A DNA stretch of 27,352 nucleotides from Pseudomonadota bacterium (GTDB taxonomy: Bacteria; Bdellovibrionota; Bdellovibrionia; Bdellovibrionales; Bdellovibrionaceae). The notes below the pieces were generated by a model, which was given only the letters and a program-made list of their open reading frames with translations, was not told the origin of the DNA and searched no databases. The stretch is from positions 1-27,352 of the forward strand of contig JBEGVH010000002.1 of assembly GCA_041178425.1 (NCBI GenBank), given 5' to 3'. A program made the translations under genes and the position numbers. Positions 16,228 through 25,331 of the stretch are shown here, in pieces (within the stretch, counting starts at the first letter, position 1; every line of letters begins with the position of its first letter).

Positions 16228-19200
16228 TCAATTATAGGTGAAGGTGATTCTCAAACCCATCGCATTCACCTCTCCCGAAAACCATCTCTCTTTTTTTGCC
16301 GTTAAACGAAGGCTAGTTAAGCCACCGTGAGTGGCAAAAAAATCAGTCTCTTTCAGAGAGGGATAGTAGCCACGAAGAATCGATGCCATTACGCTTCGCA
16401 TTTGTGGATCATAGGGATTTTGCTGATGCTGCACACGACCATTAATTAATTGAGAACCTGCCTCCCATCGATAGACAGAGTCATAATTGTAATAGGTGAA
16501 CAGGTGTTTTAGCCCTTTTTGATCCTCGATATGGGCGAAATTTTCGAGTTGAATTTGCCAATGAATAGAATTCGCCTCAACATTTTCGCTAAATAGACTC
16601 TGAACGACAAAAGTCGGCTCAAGTATTTCGATGTTTTTAATGCGAATGTTTTTACGTTCCGATCCGTAAAACTCTTTACCCAGTTTTAAAGAAAGACTTC
16701 CGTTCTTATTAAGCTCTCGCAGCTGTAGTTCTGTGAGGAATAAATCTTTTGATTGCACCCGGGACATCTCTAAAGGATTTTTTTCGAGATATCGATCGAC
16801 AGAGTTGGCCACGCTATCCACGGCCATCATATAAACCTCTTTTACCTTTGCGAATCTTTCTTCAACCGGTGCCGTAGCCAAGGCCGTTCGCACCTGATTA
16901 GTGATCATTCCAAGATTGAGTTTATTCTGCACTGGCTGGAGGGCATAGTATTCGAAAGATCGAGAGAGCATTTGATAGTAATAAAGAAGTCGGTCTTCGG
17001 CCTGGCTCGCTAAAAGTTGCAAAACACCAGTCAATTCTGCGTCGAGGACCCGAACATCTGACATCAAGGCCTCAACGCCTTTACTCTTGATAACAATCAA
17101 AGATTGAACTTTTTCGGTCATTCTCATGAGGGAGTCGTAGTTCGCTTTGAGAATCACGAACATCTCCTCTCGCTTTTTGATCACTTGCTTTAATTGAGCG
17201 ATGAGTCCTTGAAAGGTAGGATCACTCGCCTTTAGCCTTTCCAAAGCTATTTGAAACTCCGTGGGAGAGACGGCCGTTTTTTCAAAAGATTTCACTGATT
17301 TCTCAATTTCCACTAGGAGTGGCTTTGATGAGTCATAGAACTTTGTAAAACGCGCAAGAGCCTCTTCATCACTTAGTTTTTTATAGGTTTCGGGTTTGAA
17401 ATTACGAAAGTATTCCATAAGGTCCTGTTGTGCCCGATCCCATGAGGCCTCTTTTTCAAATCTAGAAAAAGCGCCTCGATTTTTATCGATGTACTCAAGG
17501 TAATCTTCGACCGATGCCTGTTCGGGAACCCTGATCAAAGTTTCCAGCGCTGTCCCGAAGGACACTAGAGTGGGTTGGCCCGCCGGAAAAACTTTCGATA
17601 GGGCGGCAATAGTTTTCAGACCTTGCAGAATTTTTCGATTTTTCTCCGACGATTCAGCGTCGCGACGAGCACTTTCATTGATTTTGTTTTCAACCTCAAT
17701 GAGTTGCTCTCGTAAAAACTTTTCCTCTTTTTCTAAATTGGCAAAGGCAACCTCAAGGCGACCGCTATCAATGGTCGCAACGTTTTGGTATTCAATCGAC
17801 GCCGCCAATTCTTTTTCTGCGCTCTCAATCATCGATTGCAGCGCCGCTCTTTTTTTGTCTAGGTTATCGCTTTCGGTCTCAAGAATACTCGCCAGCGACA
17901 TCACTCTCAGACTCGCATCGATTTCTCTAAGAAATCTCGCCATATCGATATCCACCGAATAGAGCGGTGCCTTTGATAACTCATCCCCAAAATAGTCTTG
18001 GCTGTTAAGAAGCTGCAAACGAAGTCGCTGTATTTTATTAAATTCGACAAACAGAGGTAAGACCTGCGCCCGATCGGTGAATCGAAGCGCTAAATGATCG
18101 AGTTCTTTTTTCACGCGTTCGTAGTCTCCCCCCAGGTAAAGATCACGAATCCAAACAAGCTTGTTCGAAAGGTATAGTTTTGAGAGCTCTCGCAATCTTT
18201 GCACCTCAATCTGAACCCTGCCCGCCGGCGAAGTGGTCGCAGGGCTTCTTGGAGAAACGGCCGATCGACCCTCCTTCGATTCGCGAATATCCACAAAATA
18301 ATGACCCTGATCGGTCCCGTTATTTTTGCCTCTCAATATAGCCGCTCGCCGAGGCTGTCCCGCAGCTCCACCTGGGTTGTCGGGTGCTACCAGACCCGGT
18401 AATCCAGGAGACACATCAATCCAAGTTGAGGGAATTTCGATCGGTTTGGACGTATGAATCGAAACTAATCCACCTGCGCCGCCAGGGCCCGGATGACCAG
18501 CAGAAATAGCGTCACCTCCATCACCTGGAAACACAACACTGCCTTCAGCATACGACTTGAATTCTGTTTTGCCACACTCAGTGACCCATCCACCACCCCA
18601 CGGCCAATCACCACGACAATGCTTAACCCATTTATAATGTCCGTCTTCTCTGCCAATGTATTCCGACGCCTGAACGGGAGGGCCTACAATTCGAATCACC
18701 GCTTTAGGTGTTGTTCCCAAAGCAAGAACACTCTGACCGGCCTCACCCGAACGCCCCATGCCCGCGTTTTCTCCGCTGCCACCACGAGCAATAAATCGTG
18801 GCGCAGTTGAACTTCCCTCCAACACTAATTGATTGGTATTTATGATGAGGTCTCCGGCCGAGGTGCCTGGGCGACCATCACGTCCCTGGTTTTGTCCCTT
18901 CGTGTAAGCAGGAAAAATCGAAGGATACCCAAGTGGGGTGATATCTAAAAAGGCTCCTTCCTCGATGATTATTTGATCGGCCTGTAATTTAATTTTCGCT
19001 CCCGGTACTCGCCAATCTGTCGCAAGATAAATTCGATCGGCGTTGATTTTTAGTTGTCTTATGGTTCCGTTGGTCAAGAGGCTCCAAGGCGGAAGCTTCT
19101 TGTTGATGTGAATTTCAACTCCGGCGACTTCTACATCATAGATGGGTGATTCCGGATTGACCGGCCGATTATTAAATGAATCCACCGTATCAACTGGCAC

Positions 19201-19389
19201 CTTCACCAGTTTAAGGTAGGCTGACGACGAGGGGTTTGCCCAAGCTCCCAAAAAGAATTTTTCCGACAAAAGAGCATCCTTTTTTGAGTGACTGCTCGAG
19301 CCCTCTTTGCCACCTATTTTTAAGTGAGTCTTCTGGCAAGCCTGAAGAACCACACACAAAAGTACTATATAAATAACTTTTGTTCTCAT
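16228..19389 (-). CDS. Large lipoprotein: Gly-rich repeats, coiled coils and C-terminal beta domain (Tc toxin A-like layout)
   Basis: Lipobox LQAC; start ATG 19389 forms an ATGA overlap with the upstream gene. GxxG-rich tracts and long heptad regions. The product call is inference. Confidence 0.75.
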   Translation of the reverse strand: MRTKVIYIVLLCVVLQACQKTHLKIGGKEGSSSHSKKDALLSEKFFLGAWANPSSSAYLKLVKVPVDTVDSFNNRPVNPESPIYDVEVAGVEIHINKKLPPWSLLTNGTIRQLKINADRIYLATDWRVPGAKIKLQADQIIIEEGAFLDITPLGYPSIFPAYTKGQNQGRDGRPGTSAGDLIINTNQLVLEGSSTAPRFIARGGSGENAGMGRSGEAGQSVLALGTTPKAVIRIVGPPVQASEYIGREDGHYKWVKHCRGDWPWGGGWVTECGKTEFKSYAEGSVVFPGDGGDAISAGHPGPGGAGGLVSIHTSKPIEIPSTWIDVSPGLPGLVAPDNPGGAAGQPRRAAILRGKNNGTDQGHYFVDIRESKEGRSAVSPRSPATTSPAGRVQIEVQRLRELSKLYLSNKLVWIRDLYLGGDYERVKKELDHLALRFTDRAQVLPLFVEFNKIQRLRLQLLNSQDYFGDELSKAPLYSVDIDMARFLREIDASLRVMSLASILETESDNLDKKRAALQSMIESAEKELAASIEYQNVATIDSGRLEVAFANLEKEEKFLREQLIEVENKINESARRDAESSEKNRKILQGLKTIAALSKVFPAGQPTLVSFGTALETLIRVPEQASVEDYLEYIDKNRGAFSRFEKEASWDRAQQDLMEYFRNFKPETYKKLSDEEALARFTKFYDSSKPLLVEIEKSVKSFEKTAVSPTEFQIALERLKASDPTFQGLIAQLKQVIKKREEMFVILKANYDSLMRMTEKVQSLIVIKSKGVEALMSDVRVLDAELTGVLQLLASQAEDRLLYYYQMLSRSFEYYALQPVQNKLNLGMITNQVRTALATAPVEERFAKVKEVYMMAVDSVANSVDRYLEKNPLEMSRVQSKDLFLTELQLRELNKNGSLSLKLGKEFYGSERKNIRIKNIEILEPTFVVQSLFSENVEANSIHWQIQLENFAHIEDQKGLKHLFTYYNYDSVYRWEAGSQLINGRVQHQQNPYDPQMRSVMASILRGYYPSLKETDFFATHGGLTSLRLTAKKERWFSGEVNAMGLRITFTYN

Positions 19390-20222
19390 TGAGCACCCCA
19401 AAATACTCTGAGGACTTCGTCGTTTTCAGCGCATAAAATAGTAACTTTTTTATCTACTTCTTGAACTTTAATTTCAAATTTTTGTTCGTAGGGATCAGCG
19501 ATCGTTAATTGATCTGGATAGCACTTTGTGTAGTTTGATTTGCTCTTCCAAACTGAACATAAGAACTGGATCTTTTTGGAAATATCTAAAATCTCTTTAT
19601 TGGAGTGCACAGAAAAGAAATCATCTTTATTAAGGCTCTGATAATACTGTAAAAGTAACGAGCCAATGTACCCCCTCACCAAGTTCGGCTCCACAGTAGC
19701 CGCCTGGGATTCTGGGCACTTGCTTTCTAAAGGAAGAAGGGCCGAATAACCAGTCTCTACATTGGCATTATGAGACTGGGACGAATCCAAATACGTCGAA
19801 GAGAAATTCGATAAAAACGACTCGACTGTCGCCGAGTGTAGGCCCTGGAGATTATAAAAATCAGGACCAAGAATAACTCTCGTTAAAGGCGTTAAGCGGC
19901 AAGTAAAACCCTGTGATTCTTTTTTGAGTACTTTATAAAACTCATGGCTTTGATAGATTCGATAAATCTGATCTCCATCAATCCACCTTTGCGAGCCACT
20001 CCTGGACCATCCAAACACTGTTGACTGAAACTTAGGTTCACGGGAAAACCGGTAGAGATCCTGTAAATAAGAAATCGCATTTTTTTCTAAAGCCAGATCA
20101 CACTCGTCAAAGAGGTGAAACTCCACCGATGGCGGAGAGGGCTGAAAACTTTTATGGTCTTTTTTGGATTCACAGGCCGAAATGGCCCAGCAAAAACTTA
20201 GTAGAATGAACTTAATCCTCAT
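19386..20222 (-). CDS. Hypothetical Cys-rich lipoprotein
   Basis: SD AAGGAGG; lipobox ISAC; translationally coupled to the large downstream gene. Confidence 0.8.
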   Translation of the reverse strand: MRIKFILLSFCWAISACESKKDHKSFQPSPPSVEFHLFDECDLALEKNAISYLQDLYRFSREPKFQSTVFGWSRSGSQRWIDGDQIYRIYQSHEFYKVLKKESQGFTCRLTPLTRVILGPDFYNLQGLHSATVESFLSNFSSTYLDSSQSHNANVETGYSALLPLESKCPESQAATVEPNLVRGYIGSLLLQYYQSLNKDDFFSVHSNKEILDISKKIQFLCSVWKSKSNYTKCYPDQLTIADPYEQKFEIKVQEVDKKVTILCAENDEVLRVFWGAQ

Positions 20223-20373
20223 CTGGTCCCTCCTTTTAGGGTTGCTAAAGAGAATCTCTTTGCAAACCCAAGGAACCAGCCTGAGTTCAATGAATACACA
20301 TTTCAGGTTCGGTGTCCGGACAGCCTCGGTCGAAAACCGGACATCCGGACATGCAACAAACGAAAGTAAAAAT

Positions 20374-22356
20374 CTAGAGGCTCAATGCCGCCTCAACGAT
20401 AGACCCAGCATCGATATGGTGATGGCGATAAAGTTCAATGGCATTATAAGCACTTCGACCAAATTCTTCTCGGACTCCCAAAGATTTAACCTGGCAAGTA
20501 ACTCCCGCATTCAGGAGTGCCTGACAAGCAATCGCTCCAAAACCACCGATCAATTGATGATCTTCAACCGTCACCATTTTTCCTGCGGTTTTAGCGAGTA
20601 CTGATTTTAGAGTCGAAACATCGAGGTGGTTCATGCAGACAGCATCCACGACCACCGCGCCAATTCCCTTGGCTTTTAATCGAGCAGCAGCCTCGAGAGC
20701 CTGTGGAACCAATGAACCAACTGTTAACAAAGTAATGTTTTTGTCTTTACCAGACTCATCCAAAAGCACATTGGCCTTCGTCAGTGAGTGGGTGCTAGAG
20801 CCAAAAGACTTCGCAAAATTTTCACGACCCAAGAAGAACACATAAGAACAAGCCTCTTCGCCTTTTTTACGCTTTTCAACCAATTCATGAATCGCTGCCG
20901 TCACCAAGGCCTCTGCTTGTTCTGAGCAATTTAGACCAATCGCTCTAACCCCCGGGATTCCTGCCACCATCGATAAATAAGTGAGTGCTTGGTGAGAGGC
21001 GCCATCGGCAGCATCTTGAAAGCCAGTGTGTGAAAATACGCAGATCATCGGACTTTGCGAAAGCATCGCCATCGTCAATGGCAGAGCACCTTTCGTTACA
21101 CCAAACTGTGCAAAGGTATCAACCACAGGAACAAATCCCTGCTTAGCAAAACCGGCCGCCGCTGATATCATGTTCGATTCGGCAATACCCACATCGAAGG
21201 AATCATTTGGAAATTCTTTTTGAAAAGCCGCTACTCCCGTTGAACCCGGAAGATCAGAGGTAATTGAAACTACAGGCAAACCAGCTTTTCTTGCTTTGAT
21301 CATGGCGTTGGCCACACCCACCTGGATTTTTTCGCCAGTGTCTTTAACCGCTGTCGCTTTAATTTTTTTCTCAAGTTCAATAAGCTCCTCAGACCACTGA
21401 ACAAATTCTTTTGGCACTTCTTGAGTTCCGTAAATTTCTTGTACAAAAGCCAAGACTTCTGTGGCTGATTTGCATGGGAAACCGTGGCCACCAGAAGACG
21501 ACTCGGCCGTTTTCTTGGTCCCAATGCCCTTAATTGTGTGAGCATGGATTGCTACTGGCACTTTTGGATTCTCTCGCGCCAACTTGATCGCGTGCTCAAT
21601 AGTAAACAAACATTGTTGAAGACTATGGCCATCTTTTAGTTCAAGCACATGCCAGCCTAAAGTTTTTAGAGATTGAAACGTTGGCTGCATGGAAAAGCTA
21701 TCTTTATCAATTCGACCAGAAAGTTTTGTATTGTTATCACTGATAATAAGAACGTACGGAGCCAATTTTCCTTTTTGCGCAAAACCAGGAATAGCGGCCA
21801 TTGCCTCGCGCGCTTCACCTTCCATACAAGCGCCATCGGAAATCGCTGTTACCGTTACGCGCGCCTTATTAGCATAGGCATCAGCCATGGCTAAACCCTG
21901 CGATTGCGGAAACGCAGACCCCAAAGGACCATTGCTCAAAAGAACACCTTCTGGAAATAAATGAGATTCACCATGGCCCGTAAGTCGGCTTTCGATAGAA
22001 CGGAATTTTTTAAGTTCATCGACGCTGAGACCTGCAAAACCATAATTGGCACGTAGAGCGTAGATGCCATTTTCACAGTGACCCGCATCGTTTACAAAAT
22101 TGAAAATCTCATGCCACTCCTGCTTTGTTTCACGCGATTCCCAAAACATTACCGCATGAAGTGCCGACATAATTTCAGCAAAAGCCGCTGGCCCACCGTA
22201 ATGGCTGGCTGCCCCACCAAGAACCGCATTCATATCCATCAGAGACACCATCGCACGCGTGGCTTTGGGATCAGCCAGTTTAAATTTGTTGCCGTGGGCG
22301 TGGGAAACTTCAACATAAAACTGAGGCTCTTTTACCGGAGTAGATGCTAAACTCAT
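20374..22356 (-). CDS. tkt: Transketolase-family TPP enzyme (single chain)
   Basis: SHYGG, NDAGH, LTGHGE, GPLG, TPP motif SDGACMEGE...DNN, GIAESNM, DGASHQ and TVEDH. SD AAGGAG. Confidence 0.85.
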   Translation of the reverse strand: MSLASTPVKEPQFYVEVSHAHGNKFKLADPKATRAMVSLMDMNAVLGGAASHYGGPAAFAEIMSALHAVMFWESRETKQEWHEIFNFVNDAGHCENGIYALRANYGFAGLSVDELKKFRSIESRLTGHGESHLFPEGVLLSNGPLGSAFPQSQGLAMADAYANKARVTVTAISDGACMEGEAREAMAAIPGFAQKGKLAPYVLIISDNNTKLSGRIDKDSFSMQPTFQSLKTLGWHVLELKDGHSLQQCLFTIEHAIKLARENPKVPVAIHAHTIKGIGTKKTAESSSGGHGFPCKSATEVLAFVQEIYGTQEVPKEFVQWSEELIELEKKIKATAVKDTGEKIQVGVANAMIKARKAGLPVVSITSDLPGSTGVAAFQKEFPNDSFDVGIAESNMISAAAGFAKQGFVPVVDTFAQFGVTKGALPLTMAMLSQSPMICVFSHTGFQDAADGASHQALTYLSMVAGIPGVRAIGLNCSEQAEALVTAAIHELVEKRKKGEEACSYVFFLGRENFAKSFGSSTHSLTKANVLLDESGKDKNITLLTVGSLVPQALEAAARLKAKGIGAVVVDAVCMNHLDVSTLKSVLAKTAGKMVTVEDHQLIGGFGAIACQALLNAGVTCQVKSLGVREEFGRSAYNAIELYRHHHIDAGSIVEAALSL

Positions 22357-22513
22357 GGATGGATCTCCTTTTAAAAAATTTTAACGGTGTCTGATTTTTA
22401 ACGGGGGCTCTCGTTCAGGGTCAATCATTGCGAATCACAAGTTATTCACGACTGAGTGCGCCGTATTCCTATCTGAGGTATCATCACCCGCACACTTCCA
22501 TTAGCATTTAAGT

Positions 22514-23524
22514 ATGCAAGACACACTCTGTCCTAAAGTTGAACTTCACCGCCATCTTGATTGCTCAATGCGCTTTTCAACCATGTTAGATATCGCCAAA
22601 GAACTCGATATGAAGCTGCCAGCTTCAGTCGAAGAGCAAAAGAAGTTCTTTCTCTTAACCAACCCCCTCGAAAACCTAGGGATGGTGCTCGGTAAGTTTC
22701 GGATGGCCCAACGGCTTCTTCACAGTTACGATGTTCTGGAACGATTAGCCTTCGAGACTGTGACAGAAGCGGCCCTCGAAAACACTAAACTTTTGGAATT
22801 GCGATACTCTCCAACTTTTATTCAAGATGGACACCCCCAGCTGCAATGGGATCTCATTCACCAAGCTTTCGTTCGAGGAATTCATCGGGCCCAACAGAAT
22901 CACGACATCGGTGTTGGGATTATTATTATCATCCAAAGAACGCTTCCCGTGGCTATCGCCGATTCGGTGACCGACTTTGCGATTAACAATAAAGATTCGA
23001 TCGTGGCTCTCGATCTTGCCGACAACGAAGATGGGTTTGACGCCAAGAGTTTTGAGTCTACTTTTCAGCGGGCGCGATCGGCCGGACTTCATATTACCGT
23101 TCATGCAGGCGAAGTCCCCACGCCTCAATCAGTTATTAACGTCGAGGAGTCGATTTTACGCCTTGGTGCCGAGAGAATCGGACACGGGATTCAATCCATA
23201 AAATCTGAAAAAGTAATTAAACTTCTAAGGGATAAAAATATTGCTCTGGAGGTTTGTCCGACGAGTAATTACCTCACCCAAGTCGTACCCAAGCTGGTGC
23301 AACACCCTCTGCGAAACTTACAAAAACAAGGCGTCGCCCTCACGATCAGCACTGATGACCCAGGTGTTTTCGATTACACCCTTACCCAAGAACTCGACGT
23401 GGTAAAAAATGTGCTTGGTTTTTCTGATTCTGAAATTTCGCAGTTTCAGACCATCGCCTTTCAACATAGCTTTATTCCCAGCTCAACTAAACAAAAATAC
23501 GCTCGTCTTTTTGAGGTCCCATGA
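22514..23524 (+). CDS. add: Adenosine deaminase
   Basis: PKVELHRHLD, ELRYSP, HAGE, RIGHG, CPTSN and STDDP. Confidence 0.93.
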   Translation: MQDTLCPKVELHRHLDCSMRFSTMLDIAKELDMKLPASVEEQKKFFLLTNPLENLGMVLGKFRMAQRLLHSYDVLERLAFETVTEAALENTKLLELRYSPTFIQDGHPQLQWDLIHQAFVRGIHRAQQNHDIGVGIIIIIQRTLPVAIADSVTDFAINNKDSIVALDLADNEDGFDAKSFESTFQRARSAGLHITVHAGEVPTPQSVINVEESILRLGAERIGHGIQSIKSEKVIKLLRDKNIALEVCPTSNYLTQVVPKLVQHPLRNLQKQGVALTISTDDPGVFDYTLTQELDVVKNVLGFSDSEISQFQTIAFQHSFIPSSTKQKYARLFEVP

Positions 23525-24474
23525 GAACACTCTTTCCAAGTATCGAGCCCTTTCAAAAACACCAAATTTCTGTCTCTAACATACACTCCATCTACTTTGA
23601 AGAAAGTGGAAATCCTCAAGGCACACCTATTGTTTTTCTTCATGGCGGCCCGGGAGGAGGAACAGAACCTGATCACCGACGGCTCTATGATCCGCAGAAG
23701 TTTCGAATTATCCTTGTCGATCAACGAGGCTGTGGTCAAAGTACACCCTTTGCCGAGCTTCGCGAAAATACCACCTGGGATCTGATCAAAGATTTAGAAA
23801 AAATCCGTGAAACTCTGGGAATAAAAACCTGGTTAGTCCATGGGGGCAGTTGGGGCTCTACACTGGCGCTTGTTTATGCTATTCAACATCCAAGTTCTAT
23901 TCGAGGATTGATACTCAGAGGGGTCTTTCTCTGCACCCAAAAAGAACTCAAGTGGTTTTACCAAGAAGGTGCGAGTTGGATTTTCCCTGAGGAATGGGAC
24001 TCTTTTGAGAAATTTATCCCCGAAAAAGAGCGCCACGATCTTATGGCTGCTTACACAAAGCGACTTCATTCTGCCGACGAAGAAACCGTTTTGGAAGCGG
24101 CTCTCCTGTGGAGCCGCTGGGAAGCGAGCACATCAAAGCTTGTTCCTTCTCTGGGATTTATTCAAAAATATGAGAACCCTAAAAAGGCTCTTCCGTTTGC
24201 GCGCATAGAGGCCCATTACTTTAGCCATGGGGCGTTCTTGCCTGCAGATAATTTTATATTAAAAAATGTAGGGGCCATCAAAGATATACCCACTCGCATT
24301 GTACATGGACGTTACGATGTAGTTTGCCCGATTAGAACAGCCTGGAAGCTTCATAAAGCTCTGCCTCAAAGTGAACTAAAAATAACACCCGAAGCAGGCC
24401 ACTCTCTTTTCGAACCTGCAACACTGAGTGCGGTGATTGAGGCGTGTGAAGAACTAGAAATGCTTACTCGATAG
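23521..24474 (+). CDS. pip: Prolyl aminopeptidase (proline iminopeptidase)
   Basis: HGGPG, DQRGCG, nucleophile GGSWG, GRYDVVCP and AGH. ATGA overlap with add. Confidence 0.95.
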   Translation: MRTLFPSIEPFQKHQISVSNIHSIYFEESGNPQGTPIVFLHGGPGGGTEPDHRRLYDPQKFRIILVDQRGCGQSTPFAELRENTTWDLIKDLEKIRETLGIKTWLVHGGSWGSTLALVYAIQHPSSIRGLILRGVFLCTQKELKWFYQEGASWIFPEEWDSFEKFIPEKERHDLMAAYTKRLHSADEETVLEAALLWSRWEASTSKLVPSLGFIQKYENPKKALPFARIEAHYFSHGAFLPADNFILKNVGAIKDIPTRIVHGRYDVVCPIRTAWKLHKALPQSELKITPEAGHSLFEPATLSAVIEACEELEMLTR

Positions 24475-25222
24475 ATCGGTGACTTGAAGCTTTGATATTG
24501 AGATTTCCGGAGCCGGCTTTAAACGATACAAAAAATTTGGCATCTTCAAAATCACCTAGCTCATTAAAAGCATCACCAGATCCCACAAGAACTCGGCTGT
24601 GAACCCTCATCTTTGCCGGCAGAAATAGTGTCGCATCTCCCGATCCGGTCTTAATGTCGACCTCACCCTTACCGGGGTCTTTAGAGTAGCCCAGCTTGAT
24701 ATCACCGGAGCCCAGTTTGATATTTGCACTTCCGACCATACCCTGAATATCGAATGATCCTTTGCCCGCAATAGCGTTGAGGTGATCAACGATCGATTGC
24801 ACCTTTACGTCACCGGCTCCAACCTTGATTTCTAATTCACCCTTCGTTCCCGCAATATCGACAGGGCCCTTGAGGTTTTTAAGTTGAATCTTCATTTTTT
24901 TAGGAATCACCAGAGAAAAGTTGGCCTCGCAGTCAACATTGCTTAACATCGATCGCTTACCACCTTCGATTTCAAGAACCTTGTCCGTTTGCTTAAAACT
25001 GAGGAGACACTTTTCTCCAAAATTAACTTTATCGACTTTAACGATTATCTTATCGGTGGCTTCACCAATAATACGAATACGGCCTCCTTGATTGGTTAAC
25101 TCTAACCTCACCAATTCTTTAGCCATAAACTCTTTTGTTTCACTTGAGGCGAGGGCTTTACAAACCCCTCCAATGGCAACTACAGCAATAGCCACAGCAA
25201 CCTGCAACACCCCTCTGAACAT
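24464..25222 (-). CDS. DUF4097-like beta-strand repeat secreted protein
   Basis: Signal peptide (..CKALA) and repeated xxGSGD/GAGD beta motifs. Confidence 0.8.
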   Translation of the reverse strand: MFRGVLQVAVAIAVVAIGGVCKALASSETKEFMAKELVRLELTNQGGRIRIIGEATDKIIVKVDKVNFGEKCLLSFKQTDKVLEIEGGKRSMLSNVDCEANFSLVIPKKMKIQLKNLKGPVDIAGTKGELEIKVGAGDVKVQSIVDHLNAIAGKGSFDIQGMVGSANIKLGSGDIKLGYSKDPGKGEVDIKTGSGDATLFLPAKMRVHSRVLVGSGDAFNELGDFEDAKFFVSFKAGSGNLNIKASSHRSIE

Positions 25223-25331
25223 AAATACCCCCCACTGAGATTACTGTTCGTTTTCTCAGCGCTCGGAGGTTCTAGGCAAAAGCTCCAAAGAGGTCAACCC
25301 CCACAAAAATCGAGGGTCATAAGGGTGCCTT

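Noticed and set aside
20260..20279. Sigma54-like TGGTTC...TTGCA upstream of the lipoprotein operon
   Set aside because: GG-to-GC spacing is 12 nt, which does not fit a -24/-12 promoter.
20164..20604. 146-aa plus-strand ORF, and the many other 60-130-aa shadow ORFs in the track
   Set aside because: They lie antisense to or out of frame within well-supported genes, with no motifs or SD support.
20374..22356. Alternative call as DXP synthase linked to the terpene cyclase
   Set aside because: The motif set (DGASHQ, MEGE) fits the transketolase family better, and the gene is not in an operon with the cyclase. An HMM comparison would settle it.
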